DNA from: Eledone cirrhosa
Lineage: Eukaryota
Assembly (NCBI GenBank): GCA_964016885.1
Contig: OZ024744.1
Coordinates: 74,338,001-74,402,000, forward strand
Direction of reading: 5' to 3'
Length of the DNA: 64,000 bases
This document shows positions 27,426 to 37,525 of this stretch, piece after piece; the stretch's first letter is position 1; each line of letters starts with the position of its first letter. The notes beneath the pieces were generated by a model. The model made no database searches. It was not told the DNA's origin and saw only the letters and a program-made list of their open reading frames with translations. Both the position numbers and the translations under genes were made by a program.

Positions 27426-30400
27426 GGGAAGAAGACGCACGAGGTGGTAGAACGTCACGAAATTGCTCCCGTAAGTTTTTTGATTTTTAACATATTTAAA
27501 TCAATTGTGAAAGAACAATTCTTAGCACAAATGTTGCATAAAGGCACCGAATGAGGTCCCATAAAGTTTCGGATCCATATTATATTGTTGTATCGCTCAA
27601 ATATTCAATTTTGTATTATATATTTTGTATTCAAAAAAAGAAAATGGTTATAAATGGAACAAAACACCCTCTGTCTACACTATATAGAACAGCGGCAATT
27701 TCAATTTCACCAACACCAGAAACTTGATACACTACCTATCCCATCACACTAAATATAACGGCAACTTCACCGGCATCATAATAATAATTACTATTATTAT
27801 TGTCTCAAATTTAAAAAAATGTTTAATTCAAATTTTACGGGAATATGTCAACACAAAATATAATGAAAATATATATTAAACATACGAACACAAACTCATA
27901 GATACTATATCAGTAACCACAACACCACCACATCCATCATCGCCACCACTCATTCAATGCTACTGACACTATTCCCCTGTTAACTTGAGAGAGAAAAGGG
28001 AAGGTGGTGGTAGCACTAGACAAGAGAGAGGCTAGCAAAAGATATAAATAGATTGACTTGGTAACCTTGCCACGGACAAATGTCTACATCAACAATTATG
28101 GGACTGCTGGCTCACCCCTTCCTCACCAACAATATAAAAAGCCCCGGCACCACCACCGACATAGCCAGCAGCAATAACAGCCAACTACAACAAAAAGTAT
28201 ATTATATTATTGTAATGCACTGGGTGATTGCTGGCCTGGAGTGGAGACAATTATTAATAATTTCATTCTTAAGCCACGCAATGCTCACATTAAGGAACCA
28301 CTCATGATAATAACAATTTAAAAAAAACAACAAAAAGAAAACCCCGTGACCAAGAAATACCGGGATGGCGGCCGGCGGGGAATAGCCATGTCTCTAGGGG
28401 AGAACGACCCCTCTAGTCTTGGTTGACACTCGTTCTAGAAGTGGTAACACGAAAAGATTACCCCTTGGCGGATAAGGATAAAACGCGACAAAATAAAGTA
28501 GATGTCTAATGATGAAATCTCATACCGGATCGGCCGTCACCCGGGTAAAAAAGGGCCGCGTCCCTCAGAGAGGAACCAGACTGGGGTCGAAAAATCAGCT
28601 AATGGTTCAAACCTTCCCATCACTTCGGAGCTGGAGACCTCCCATAACCGGAATACTCCTACTGTTGGCCCTCCATGCTCACCACCAAGAAATCCAAAGA
28701 AAAAGAGAGAAAAATGGTCAAGGGAAGATAATAAAGAAGTCCTTGAGGCTTTCTACACTGCCATGTACTACCCATCAAATACATCGAATACAGAGCAAAC
28801 ATATATCAACTGGAAAAAGAAACATCCCGAAAACAGAGGCTATATTGACAGTAACAAACTAGCCAATATACGAAGAAATATTGTAAGAAAAAAGTTACTA
28901 ACTGATATAGAAATTGATCAGATCAAGCTAGTAGCACAAAGTCAGCGAAGAGAAAATGAAGCATGTGTCAGTGAAAACGAGGTAAAATGTAACACTTCGA
29001 ATCCCAGAGTTGGGGCGGAATCACTGGCAACAGAACAAATTAAAGAAAGGAGCGAAAAAGTGGAGGGAGTGCATGCTCAGGATGAAACGCCAAATGAAAA
29101 TAATGAGATCGTAAATGATAAAGAAATGAATGAGAATGAACTTGCCAACTTGAAGGATGAAATTATGATCGAATGGATGAAAATGAAAGAATCTGACATG
29201 GGGGAACGAGACACCCTCCCTAAGATCCAGAACTCCAAACAGAACCAAAAGATAATACACAAGACAAACATAATTCTCAAAAACATTATCATCACAAACA
29301 AACTAAGCATTACTGACTTAAATCATCTCTATTATGCATCGGCTAAAGTCACCACTCACTTATGTGGAGTGAAGATGAAAAAACAAAGGAATTCCCACAA
29401 GAAATCTACTTGGCAAGATAACATCAATCGCCAAATAAACCTTCTCCGATCTGACATAGAAATTTTAACAAACTATAAAGTAGGTGAACATGTTAAACAA
29501 ACTAAACTTAGAAAATTGAAAAAAAAGTACAGTATAAGATCAACATGTGACATAGACATGCTGATAGAAACAATCAAGCAAAAAGTGTCGGCCAAAGCTG
29601 CTCGTATAAGGCGCTTTGAAAAACGATCTAGATTCTATAAGGACAATAATATGTTCAAAAACAACCAAAGAAACTTCTACAGAAAAATTGGTAAGTCAAC
29701 AATAACTGCTAAATCAATACCACCCAAGGAGGAAGTGCAAGAATTCTGGGAAAAGATCTGGGCCGAAGAAAAAGTTCATAACATACATGCCCCATGGATA
29801 GACAGACAAATGAAAGAAACAGCTCACCTTGAAGAACAAACATGGGAAAATATAACAGTTGAACAGCTGCGCTTGGCTCTAAGAAAAACCAGCAAATGGA
29901 AATCCCCAGGAAAAGACAAAATACAAAACTTTTGGATAAATGCCTTCACAGAGTCTCATGAGCTGTTAGCCCAACTTTACAATGAAATAGTTAAGGAGCC
30001 AGAAAAGATACCATCATGGCTAGTTAACGGCATTACATTCCTGCTACCGAAGAATGATGAGACAAACAATCCCAAAAATTACAGACCGATAACCTGCTTG
30101 ACCACAATGTATAAAATTTTAACATCAGTCCTAACTGAATACACATATGACCACCTGATAACAAATGACCTATTTCCCATTGAGCAGAAAGGGTGTAAAC
30201 GAGGCTCATATGGCTGTAAGGATCAGCTTCTGGTTAACAAAATGATACTGGAAGATTGTCATAATAGACACAAAAATCTATCGATTGCTTGGATAGATTA
30301 TAAAAAAGCATTTGATAGTTTGCCACACAGTTGGATTGAAAAATGTTTAGAGATTTTCAAAATATCCCCCGTTATCAGGAGGTTTTTGTCATTCGGTATG

Positions 30401-32293
30401 AGGACATGGAGAACGACACTCCTTTTGAATAGTGAAACAAAATCACTGGAAGCTGGAGAAGTTAACATTAATTGTGGAATTTTTCAGGGTGACTCTTTAT
30501 CACCGCTTTTATTCTGCATCGCACTTATACCATTAAGTAAAATGCTCAATGAAACAAAACATGGATATAGAGTCTATGACAAAACCATTAATCACCTGTT
30601 CTACATGGATGACCTGAAACTATTTGCAAAAAATGATGAACAATTGCAAGGGCTATTATCCACTGTGAAGCAGTTCAGTGATGACATTAAAATGGAGTTT
30701 GGACTGGATAAATGCGCCAAAGCAACGTTCACCAGAGGAAAGCTGCTGAAGAGTTCAGACATTAATCTTGATCGGGGGAACGTGATAAGAGAGCTTGATC
30801 AAGAACAAACTTACAAATATCTAGGTGTTTGTGAAGGAGACGGAATCAAGCACTCGACAATGAGGGAAAGGTTAAGGAAGGAATGTTACCGCAGAGTCAG
30901 AGCAATCTTAAGAACGGAATTGAATGCAAGGAATAGGATCGATGCCATAAACACGCTTGCCATACCAGTAGTAACCTACAGTTACAATGTCATCAACTGG
31001 TCAAGCACAGAGATCCGTAGGCTCGATACAAAAATCCGAAAATTCTTAACCATGCACAGAATGCATCACCCTAAGGCAGACATAGATAGAATATATCTCC
31101 CTAGGAAAGAAGGAGGACGTGGGTTAATCCAGTTAGACATTGCGTTGAAAACTGCAACAATTGGATTATCCACATATCTAAGGGAATCACATGATTGGAT
31201 GATCAAACTCGTTTTGAAACACGAAAGCACCAAAAGATCATATTCCATTACAAAAGATGCACAAAGATACAGTAATGGACTACAAATTTCAGAAGTCCCA
31301 TTTACTGCTGAAATGGAAAACACAGAAAAAGCAAAGCAGGTAAAAGTAACTGCAAAGAAAGAACTGCTACAGAAACTGGCTAAGAAATGGCAAGAAAAGC
31401 CTCTGTATGGAAAATACCCAGAGCGAGCTAACAATCCTGATGTTGACAAAACTTTAACCCATCAGTGGTTGGCATCCTCTGGACTGAAATCGGAGACTGA
31501 AGGACTGATTATATCCGCACAAGATCAGTGTCTGCCAACAAAAAATTACCAAGCCAACATAATAAAAAATGGGTGCAGCCCATTATGCCGTGTATGCAAA
31601 AAACAACCAGAGACCATTGACCATATAATTTCAATGTGCAGTCCTATAGCTCCAACCGAATACCTAAACAGGCATGACAGAGCTGCACAATACATACATT
31701 GGATAATGTGCAAGCATTTTGACCTGCCCCATCAAAAGAATTGGTGGGAGCATCAACCACCTCCCATACTTGAAAAAGATCACATCTCAATCTTGTGGAA
31801 CTTTAGCATTCAAACAGACCGAAAAATAGATGCAAATAGACCTGATATAATATTGAAGGACTTTCAAAGGAGGGTATGCCTGCTAATTGATATGTCTGTT
31901 CCAATAGACAAGAATGTATCTATAAAAACATTTGAAAAATTGAGCAAGTATAAAGACCTGGAGATAGAAATTGGAAAAATGTGGAAATTGAGAACTAAAA
32001 CAATACCAGTGGTTGTAGGCGCTCTGGGAATGATACCTAAGGGGTCTAACGACTACTTATCGCAAATCCCAGGAAACCCGCGTATAGGAGAAATACAAAA
32101 GATAGTACTAATGGGAACTGCCCATATACTAAGGAAGATCCTGTCAATATAAGTACATCACAAGTCTAAACACTAAGGATGCATGTGTGAATATGTGTGT
32201 TCTTTCTTGAACATGGCGGACCTTGTTGTCTCTTGAGGTCACTGGTTGTGACTTGGTGATAACTCGTATAAACATAAAGCAAGATAAATGCAA
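27426..32293 (+). mobile_element. Full-length R4/Dong-like RLE non-LTR retrotransposon family A
   Basis: Bounded by (AAT)n on both sides; single intact ORF. The 5' boundary assumes the shared leader belongs to the element; the minimal start is ~28340. Confidence 0.9.
28502..32152 (+). CDS. R4/Dong-like polyprotein (Myb-like N-terminus, RT, CCHC, restriction-like endonuclease), 1216 aa
   Basis: KWSREDN..KLANIRR..LLTDIEI; NYRPITCL, WIDYKKAFDS, GIFQGDSLSP, FYMDD; CRVC-x8-H-x4-C; RHD, NRPD, IDMSVP, EKLSKY; uninterrupted. Confidence 0.97.
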   Translation: MSNDEISYRIGRHPGKKGPRPSERNQTGVEKSANGSNLPITSELETSHNRNTPTVGPPCSPPRNPKKKREKWSREDNKEVLEAFYTAMYYPSNTSNTEQTYINWKKKHPENRGYIDSNKLANIRRNIVRKKLLTDIEIDQIKLVAQSQRRENEACVSENEVKCNTSNPRVGAESLATEQIKERSEKVEGVHAQDETPNENNEIVNDKEMNENELANLKDEIMIEWMKMKESDMGERDTLPKIQNSKQNQKIIHKTNIILKNIIITNKLSITDLNHLYYASAKVTTHLCGVKMKKQRNSHKKSTWQDNINRQINLLRSDIEILTNYKVGEHVKQTKLRKLKKKYSIRSTCDIDMLIETIKQKVSAKAARIRRFEKRSRFYKDNNMFKNNQRNFYRKIGKSTITAKSIPPKEEVQEFWEKIWAEEKVHNIHAPWIDRQMKETAHLEEQTWENITVEQLRLALRKTSKWKSPGKDKIQNFWINAFTESHELLAQLYNEIVKEPEKIPSWLVNGITFLLPKNDETNNPKNYRPITCLTTMYKILTSVLTEYTYDHLITNDLFPIEQKGCKRGSYGCKDQLLVNKMILEDCHNRHKNLSIAWIDYKKAFDSLPHSWIEKCLEIFKISPVIRRFLSFGMRTWRTTLLLNSETKSLEAGEVNINCGIFQGDSLSPLLFCIALIPLSKMLNETKHGYRVYDKTINHLFYMDDLKLFAKNDEQLQGLLSTVKQFSDDIKMEFGLDKCAKATFTRGKLLKSSDINLDRGNVIRELDQEQTYKYLGVCEGDGIKHSTMRERLRKECYRRVRAILRTELNARNRIDAINTLAIPVVTYSYNVINWSSTEIRRLDTKIRKFLTMHRMHHPKADIDRIYLPRKEGGRGLIQLDIALKTATIGLSTYLRESHDWMIKLVLKHESTKRSYSITKDAQRYSNGLQISEVPFTAEMENTEKAKQVKVTAKKELLQKLAKKWQEKPLYGKYPERANNPDVDKTLTHQWLASSGLKSETEGLIISAQDQCLPTKNYQANIIKNGCSPLCRVCKKQPETIDHIISMCSPIAPTEYLNRHDRAAQYIHWIMCKHFDLPHQKNWWEHQPPPILEKDHISILWNFSIQTDRKIDANRPDIILKDFQRRVCLLIDMSVPIDKNVSIKTFEKLSKYKDLEIEIGKMWKLRTKTIPVVVGALGMIPKGSNDYLSQIPGNPRIGEIQKIVLMGTAHILRKILSI

Positions 32294-32316
32294 ATAATAA
32301 TAATAATATTAATAAC

Positions 32317-32388
<72 letters not shown>

Positions 32389-32394
32389 GAATAA

Positions 32395-35300
32395 GGGAAG
32401 AAGACGCACGAGGTGACGGAGGTCATGAAATCGCTCCCGTAAGTTTTGAATTTTTAACATATTTAAATCATTTGTGAAATAACAACTCTTAGTACAAATG
32501 CTACGTAAAGCACCTGGCTTGAGCCCCAAAAAAATTCGGACCCAAAATATATTGTTATAAGGCTCAAATATTCAAATATTCAACTTTGTATTGTACACTG
32601 TATATCCCAAAAAAAATGGCTATAAATGGAAGAAGAAGACCCCCCCCCCCTCCTCTCCTCTGGCTACACTATATAGGACAGCTAAACTCACCAACACCAG
32701 AAACTAGATACACCACCCACCCCATCATCTGTGTACACTAAACACAACAGCATTTTCACCTTCACCGCCACCGCTCACTACGGCCATCATTACCACCACT
32801 ATCCCATCACCGCCGCCACCACCCCCTGACTCCTTCACTGCTGCTGCCACCGCTACAGCACCATCACTACAGTAATACGGTCGCATCACCGCCACCACTG
32901 CCTCGGTATCGACATCACCACCACCACTGTCTCAGTATCGCCAACGCCGCCAGTCTCTGCTGGCTACCACTTCCACATTATAGAATTCCTACTACTAACA
33001 AAGAGGAAGGCATCAAAATATATAGATAGACTCAAAAGAAAAAAGAAAAAACAAACAACAAAAGCAGCACAGCAACAACAGTAAAAAACGAGAAAAACAG
33101 AGAAAAACAAAAACAAAAAAAGAAACCCCAAAAACGTAAAGAAAATAAGAATGAAGAGAGAAGCAGGCGGACGGACAGAGAAGAGGGGGGAAAAAGTAAA
33201 ACTTAAAAAACAAAAACTAAGTCAGACATTCGAATACTACATTACAATGAAACTTATGCTTATTCATTTTTGGGGCCCTTTCTGCCCGTGTGTTTGTTTG
33301 TTTATGTGTGTCCGTATACAGCGTGGTGATAATGCCACACAAGGGCCAAGTGGGATGGCGGATCCACAGATGGCTATGTAAACATACATTCGCCAATCCT
33401 CGATAAGAGTGTTTAAATATCGAACATAAACAGTTCGAATAACGGTGAAATGGAGACTAGAACGTCATGTGACAGACTCTCACCCAACAGGTGCCCCCTG
33501 GCTCAGCAGCAGGAACCTGACTGTCAACCAAATACTGCTGATGTTGGAGGAAGAAGAAGAAGGAAAGGGGCCAGAACCAACTGGACGAAAGAATTGAATA
33601 GAACTGTTATGCAATGCTACCTGAAAAGTAACCCCAAGGAGAGGGGCTACAGGAGACGGATGCATAACATCTGGAACGAGATTGGTTTATTTAAATTAGA
33701 TGAACAAAAATTGGCCGGGCAGGCTCGGGTAATAAAAACTAATGGGTGGATAAGCGAGCTGGAACTGGAGGAACTGAGCAGAGAGAACGGCTTGGAGATG
33801 GCGGGTGTAGTATGCCAGACAAGCGAGCCGGCGGGAAATGAAGGTGAGGAGGTCCTGAGAACGGAGGAACCACCCGAAGCAGACAATGATCTGAATACTG
33901 AGATAAATAATACCTGGAACAGAGATACGGCCACTGAGGAGATGAATGCTGACGGGCTAGGACAAGATTCGGTTGACATCCTAAATTTAGTGGTAGATGA
34001 GTTGAACAATGATAGTGGGAGACCTATGAACCTAAGATTTGTAGACAGGAAAAAGTTAAAAGAAACAACAGCTAAGGTAAACAAAGTCATCCCATACCTT
34101 GAGGCGAGGAGTCTTCACCAGTGCAACAATATCCTCAAAGCAACAGCAAATACGGTGAGGAAACTACTTGGTATAAAAGCGAGAGGAAACAACAGACAAG
34201 AAAGAGCAGAGCCGTGGTGGAAGAAGCGACTGAGTGGGCAAATCGGGGAAATGAGAAATGACATAGGAAAGCTTGAGTCACTACTGAATGGGACACTAAA
34301 AAACATAGGCACTAAAAATAGACTGGAAATAAAATACAAAACTAAGAGTAAAAAGCTAAATATTATCATAGAGGAATTGAAGCAACGCATTGTAGCAAAG
34401 AGCGCCAAAATCAGGCGATACGAGAACAGAGTCAGTCAGTATAAACAGAACCGCATGTTCGACAACAACCAGAAGATGCTGTTTGGACAGCTTGAGGGGA
34501 AAGAAAGAGGCAACGACTTGATCCCTGGGGCGGAACAAGCTAAAACATTCTGGAGAGGAATATGGGAGCAGGATGTTAGACACAATGCCCAGGCAGGGTG
34601 GATTGAGACAGTACAGAGGGAAATCGGTGAGCAGGCACAGCAACAGACTGATTTGAGTATCACAGTTGAAACTCTTAAGGGGCAAGCCAAAAAACTAACC
34701 AACTGGAAATCACCAGGCCCAGATGGTGTGCAGGGGTATTGGATTAAACATTTAACATCCCTCCACCCGAAGCTGACGGCCATGTTCAATGACTGCTTGG
34801 TGTCGGGTGAGGTGCCAGAGTGGTTGACAAAAGGTACCACAGTTCTGATAATGAAAGACCGAATCAAGGGTAATGATGTTACCAACTATAGACCTATCAC
34901 ATGTCTGCCCGTAATGTGGAAACTGTTGACGAGCATTGTGTCTGAGGAAATCTACCATCACCTCCACACAAACAACTTGTTGCCGGACGAACAGAAAGGA
35001 TGCCGAAAAAAGTCACGTGGTACAAAGGACCAGTTGCTTATTGATAAGATGGTAATGGGGAATTGCAGGAGGAGACACACTGATCTTGCCATGGGATGGA
35101 TAGACTACAGGAAGGCATTTGACATGGTGCCTCATTCCTGGATCACCAACAGCCTGGAGATCTTCAGGGTGGCAGATAACATCAGACAGTTGCTGGGCAG
35201 GAGTATGGGGTCCTGGGAGACAGAGTTGACATCAACTGGAGTATCCTTGGGAAGCGTGAAGATCAAGAGAGGTATCTTCCAGGGAGATAGCCTGTCCCCT

Positions 35301-36918
35301 CTGTTGTTTGTCCTTGCCCTGATGCCCTTGACCATTATGCTGCGAAAAGTGAGAGCAGGATACAAGTTGGGAAGGGGAGAGCTTACCATCAATCACCTCC
35401 TCTTCATGGACGATCTTAAGCTCTTCGGGAAAAGTGAGAAGGAGTTGGATGTGCTTGTTGACACTGTCCGTATTTTCAGCAGTGATATATGTATGCAGTT
35501 TGGTATTGGTAAATGTGGAGTCATTGTGATGAGGAGGGGTAGGTTGAGCAGAAGTAACGGGATCCAGATACCAACAGGTGAGATGATAAAGGAAATTGAC
35601 TCTGAGGAAGGATACAAGTATTTGGGCGTTCTGGAGGCTGATGGCATAAAGAACAAAAAAATGAAGGAATTGTTAAGAACTGAATACATTCGGAGAGTAA
35701 GGAGCGTATTGAAGTCACATCTGAACAGCAGAAATGCCATAAGCGCAGTAAATTCCCGAGCTGTGTCTATTATTAGGTACAGTGCGGGAATTCTGAGATG
35801 GAATGTTGCTGAACAAAAAGAAATGGATAGGAAGACTAGGAAGCTATTGACTATCTACAACATGTTCCACAAGAGGAGTGATGTCGATAGACTCTACCTA
35901 AGGAGATCTGAGGGTGGAAGAGGTCTTATCAGCATAGAGGACTGTGTTCAGATGGAGAAAAACAACCTATACAAATACGTGGCCTATAGTAAGGAGCCAA
36001 TGCTCAGAGCTGTACTGACGGAGGGGACAGTAGGCCAGGGGATACCCAAGGAGGAAATAACATCAAGGAGGAAGAGCAGCCTTAAGGGAAAATCCCTTCA
36101 TAGTACCTTCTTTGAGAAAACTGAATTTAGAGATCCACAGACATGGAACTGGTTGAGAAGAGGAGACCTCAAAAAGGCTACAGAAGGAATGCTAATGGCT
36201 GCGCAGGAGCAGGCCCTCAAAACGAAGTGGTTGAAGCACCATATCTACAAGGAGGAGGCTAGCCCACTGTGCAGGATCTGTGGAGAGAGAGAGGAGACTG
36301 TGGCTCACATTGTGTCCGAGTGTAAACACCTAGCCCAGACCCACTATAAGGGCTGGAGACACGATGTGATGGGCAGGGTAATCCACTGGCACCTGTGCAA
36401 AGTAAACAATCTACCACATTCTGAGAAATGGTATGAGCATAGGCCAGAGGCGGTGATGGAGAACAGTCAGGTGAAGGTGCTGTGGGATTTTAGGATACAG
36501 ACGGACAAAAAACTGGAACACAATAGACCTGACCTGGTGGTTGTGGACAAAGAAAAAAGATCGTGCCTGATTGTGGATGTGGCCTGCCCGTTCGACACGA
36601 GAGTGCAAGAGAAGGAGAGGGAGAAAATTAACCGATACCAGGACCTAAAGTGGGAGGTGAAAAGGATTTGGAACTGCCATGAAGTCAAAGTGATCCCGAT
36701 TGTCATAGGCGCACTGGGGACTATCTCCAAAGGTTTCCAGGGATGGTTAAAGAAAATCGGCCCCTTCACGCTTTTTGGAACGCTTCAAAAGGCATGCTTG
36801 CTTGGAACGGCAAGAACCCTCCGATACGTCCTGAATATCTGAGGCTGCAGGTAGTGGCTTGATATTCAATCCAACGGACTTCCCAGTTAACCAACATCAA
36901 TGACTGAGATTCAAGGAA
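32395..36918 (+). mobile_element. Full-length R4/Dong-like RLE non-LTR retrotransposon family B
   Basis: Bounded by (AAT)n on both sides; intact ORF; begins with the leader homologous to 27426-27970. Confidence 0.9.
33450..36842 (+). CDS. R4/Dong-like polyprotein (Myb-like N-terminus, RT, CCHC, restriction-like endonuclease), 1130 aa
   Basis: NWTKELN..MQCY..EQKLAGQAR..WISELELE; NYRPITCL, WIDYRKAFD, GIFQGDSLSP, LFMDD; CRIC-x8-H-x4-C; RHD, NRPD, VDVACP; uninterrupted. Confidence 0.97.
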   Translation: METRTSCDRLSPNRCPLAQQQEPDCQPNTADVGGRRRRKGARTNWTKELNRTVMQCYLKSNPKERGYRRRMHNIWNEIGLFKLDEQKLAGQARVIKTNGWISELELEELSRENGLEMAGVVCQTSEPAGNEGEEVLRTEEPPEADNDLNTEINNTWNRDTATEEMNADGLGQDSVDILNLVVDELNNDSGRPMNLRFVDRKKLKETTAKVNKVIPYLEARSLHQCNNILKATANTVRKLLGIKARGNNRQERAEPWWKKRLSGQIGEMRNDIGKLESLLNGTLKNIGTKNRLEIKYKTKSKKLNIIIEELKQRIVAKSAKIRRYENRVSQYKQNRMFDNNQKMLFGQLEGKERGNDLIPGAEQAKTFWRGIWEQDVRHNAQAGWIETVQREIGEQAQQQTDLSITVETLKGQAKKLTNWKSPGPDGVQGYWIKHLTSLHPKLTAMFNDCLVSGEVPEWLTKGTTVLIMKDRIKGNDVTNYRPITCLPVMWKLLTSIVSEEIYHHLHTNNLLPDEQKGCRKKSRGTKDQLLIDKMVMGNCRRRHTDLAMGWIDYRKAFDMVPHSWITNSLEIFRVADNIRQLLGRSMGSWETELTSTGVSLGSVKIKRGIFQGDSLSPLLFVLALMPLTIMLRKVRAGYKLGRGELTINHLLFMDDLKLFGKSEKELDVLVDTVRIFSSDICMQFGIGKCGVIVMRRGRLSRSNGIQIPTGEMIKEIDSEEGYKYLGVLEADGIKNKKMKELLRTEYIRRVRSVLKSHLNSRNAISAVNSRAVSIIRYSAGILRWNVAEQKEMDRKTRKLLTIYNMFHKRSDVDRLYLRRSEGGRGLISIEDCVQMEKNNLYKYVAYSKEPMLRAVLTEGTVGQGIPKEEITSRRKSSLKGKSLHSTFFEKTEFRDPQTWNWLRRGDLKKATEGMLMAAQEQALKTKWLKHHIYKEEASPLCRICGEREETVAHIVSECKHLAQTHYKGWRHDVMGRVIHWHLCKVNNLPHSEKWYEHRPEAVMENSQVKVLWDFRIQTDKKLEHNRPDLVVVDKEKRSCLIVDVACPFDTRVQEKEREKINRYQDLKWEVKRIWNCHEVKVIPIVIGALGTISKGFQGWLKKIGPFTLFGTLQKACLLGTARTLRYVLNI

Positions 36919-36928
36919 TAACAATAAC

Positions 36929-36960
<32 letters not shown>

Positions 36961-37194
36961 GAAGAAGAAGAAGAAGGAGGAGGAAGAGGTGGTGGGGGCA
37001 TGTAGCTTATACCGACATCAGTTAATTGATACATCATTTAATTGGTATATTATGCAATCGACCACGGAATAATAAAAGGAAATGTTGGCTTCGGTGGGAT
37101 TTGAACTCAGAAAATAATGAGCCATATCCAAATACTACAAAGAAATTTGTCTGACGCTTTAACGTTTCTATCAATCCAATACCAGTATAATAAT

Positions 37195-37392
37195 GATTTC
37201 TTCTATAGGAACAAAGCTTGGGAAAGTCGGTTAAATCGACCCCAGTACGTTACTGGTGATGTATTTATCGACCCCGTAAGGACGAAAGACAAAGTTGGCC
37301 TTGACGGGATTTGAACTCAGACTGTAAAGGACCGTAACTCTATGCTACAAAACATGGTGTCCGATCCTACCGATACTGCCAATCCACCGCCC
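37195..37392 (-). mobile_element. tRNA-derived SINE (a second, more degenerate copy lies at ~37000-37160)
   Basis: TTTATCGACCCCGTAAGGA, GGGATTTGAACTCAG, CCGATACTGCCAATCCACCGCCC. Confidence 0.85.
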
Positions 37393-37525
37393 TCATCTCC
37401 TATATAACAATTTTCATCATAACAATAAGAGACTATAATTTACACTATGCGAAACTGATCTGGTTAAACTCTTTGGAATATATATATATATATGTATGTA
37501 TGTATGTATATATATATATATTTTA

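Noticed and set aside
28343-28480. HDV-like ribozyme at the Dong 5' end
   Set aside because: Could not fit the P1-P2-P3-P1.1-P4 order or the catalytic C junction by eye; kept only as a generic structured RNA.
33647-36769. Antisense ORFs overlapping the RT genes (also within the Tx1 and PLE ORFs)
   Set aside because: Shadow frames of real coding sequence with no recognisable motifs.
13774-36960. CRISPR-like repeat-spacer array
   Set aside because: Repeats are variable-length trinucleotide runs and the spacers are kb-long retroelements; eukaryotic context, no cas genes.
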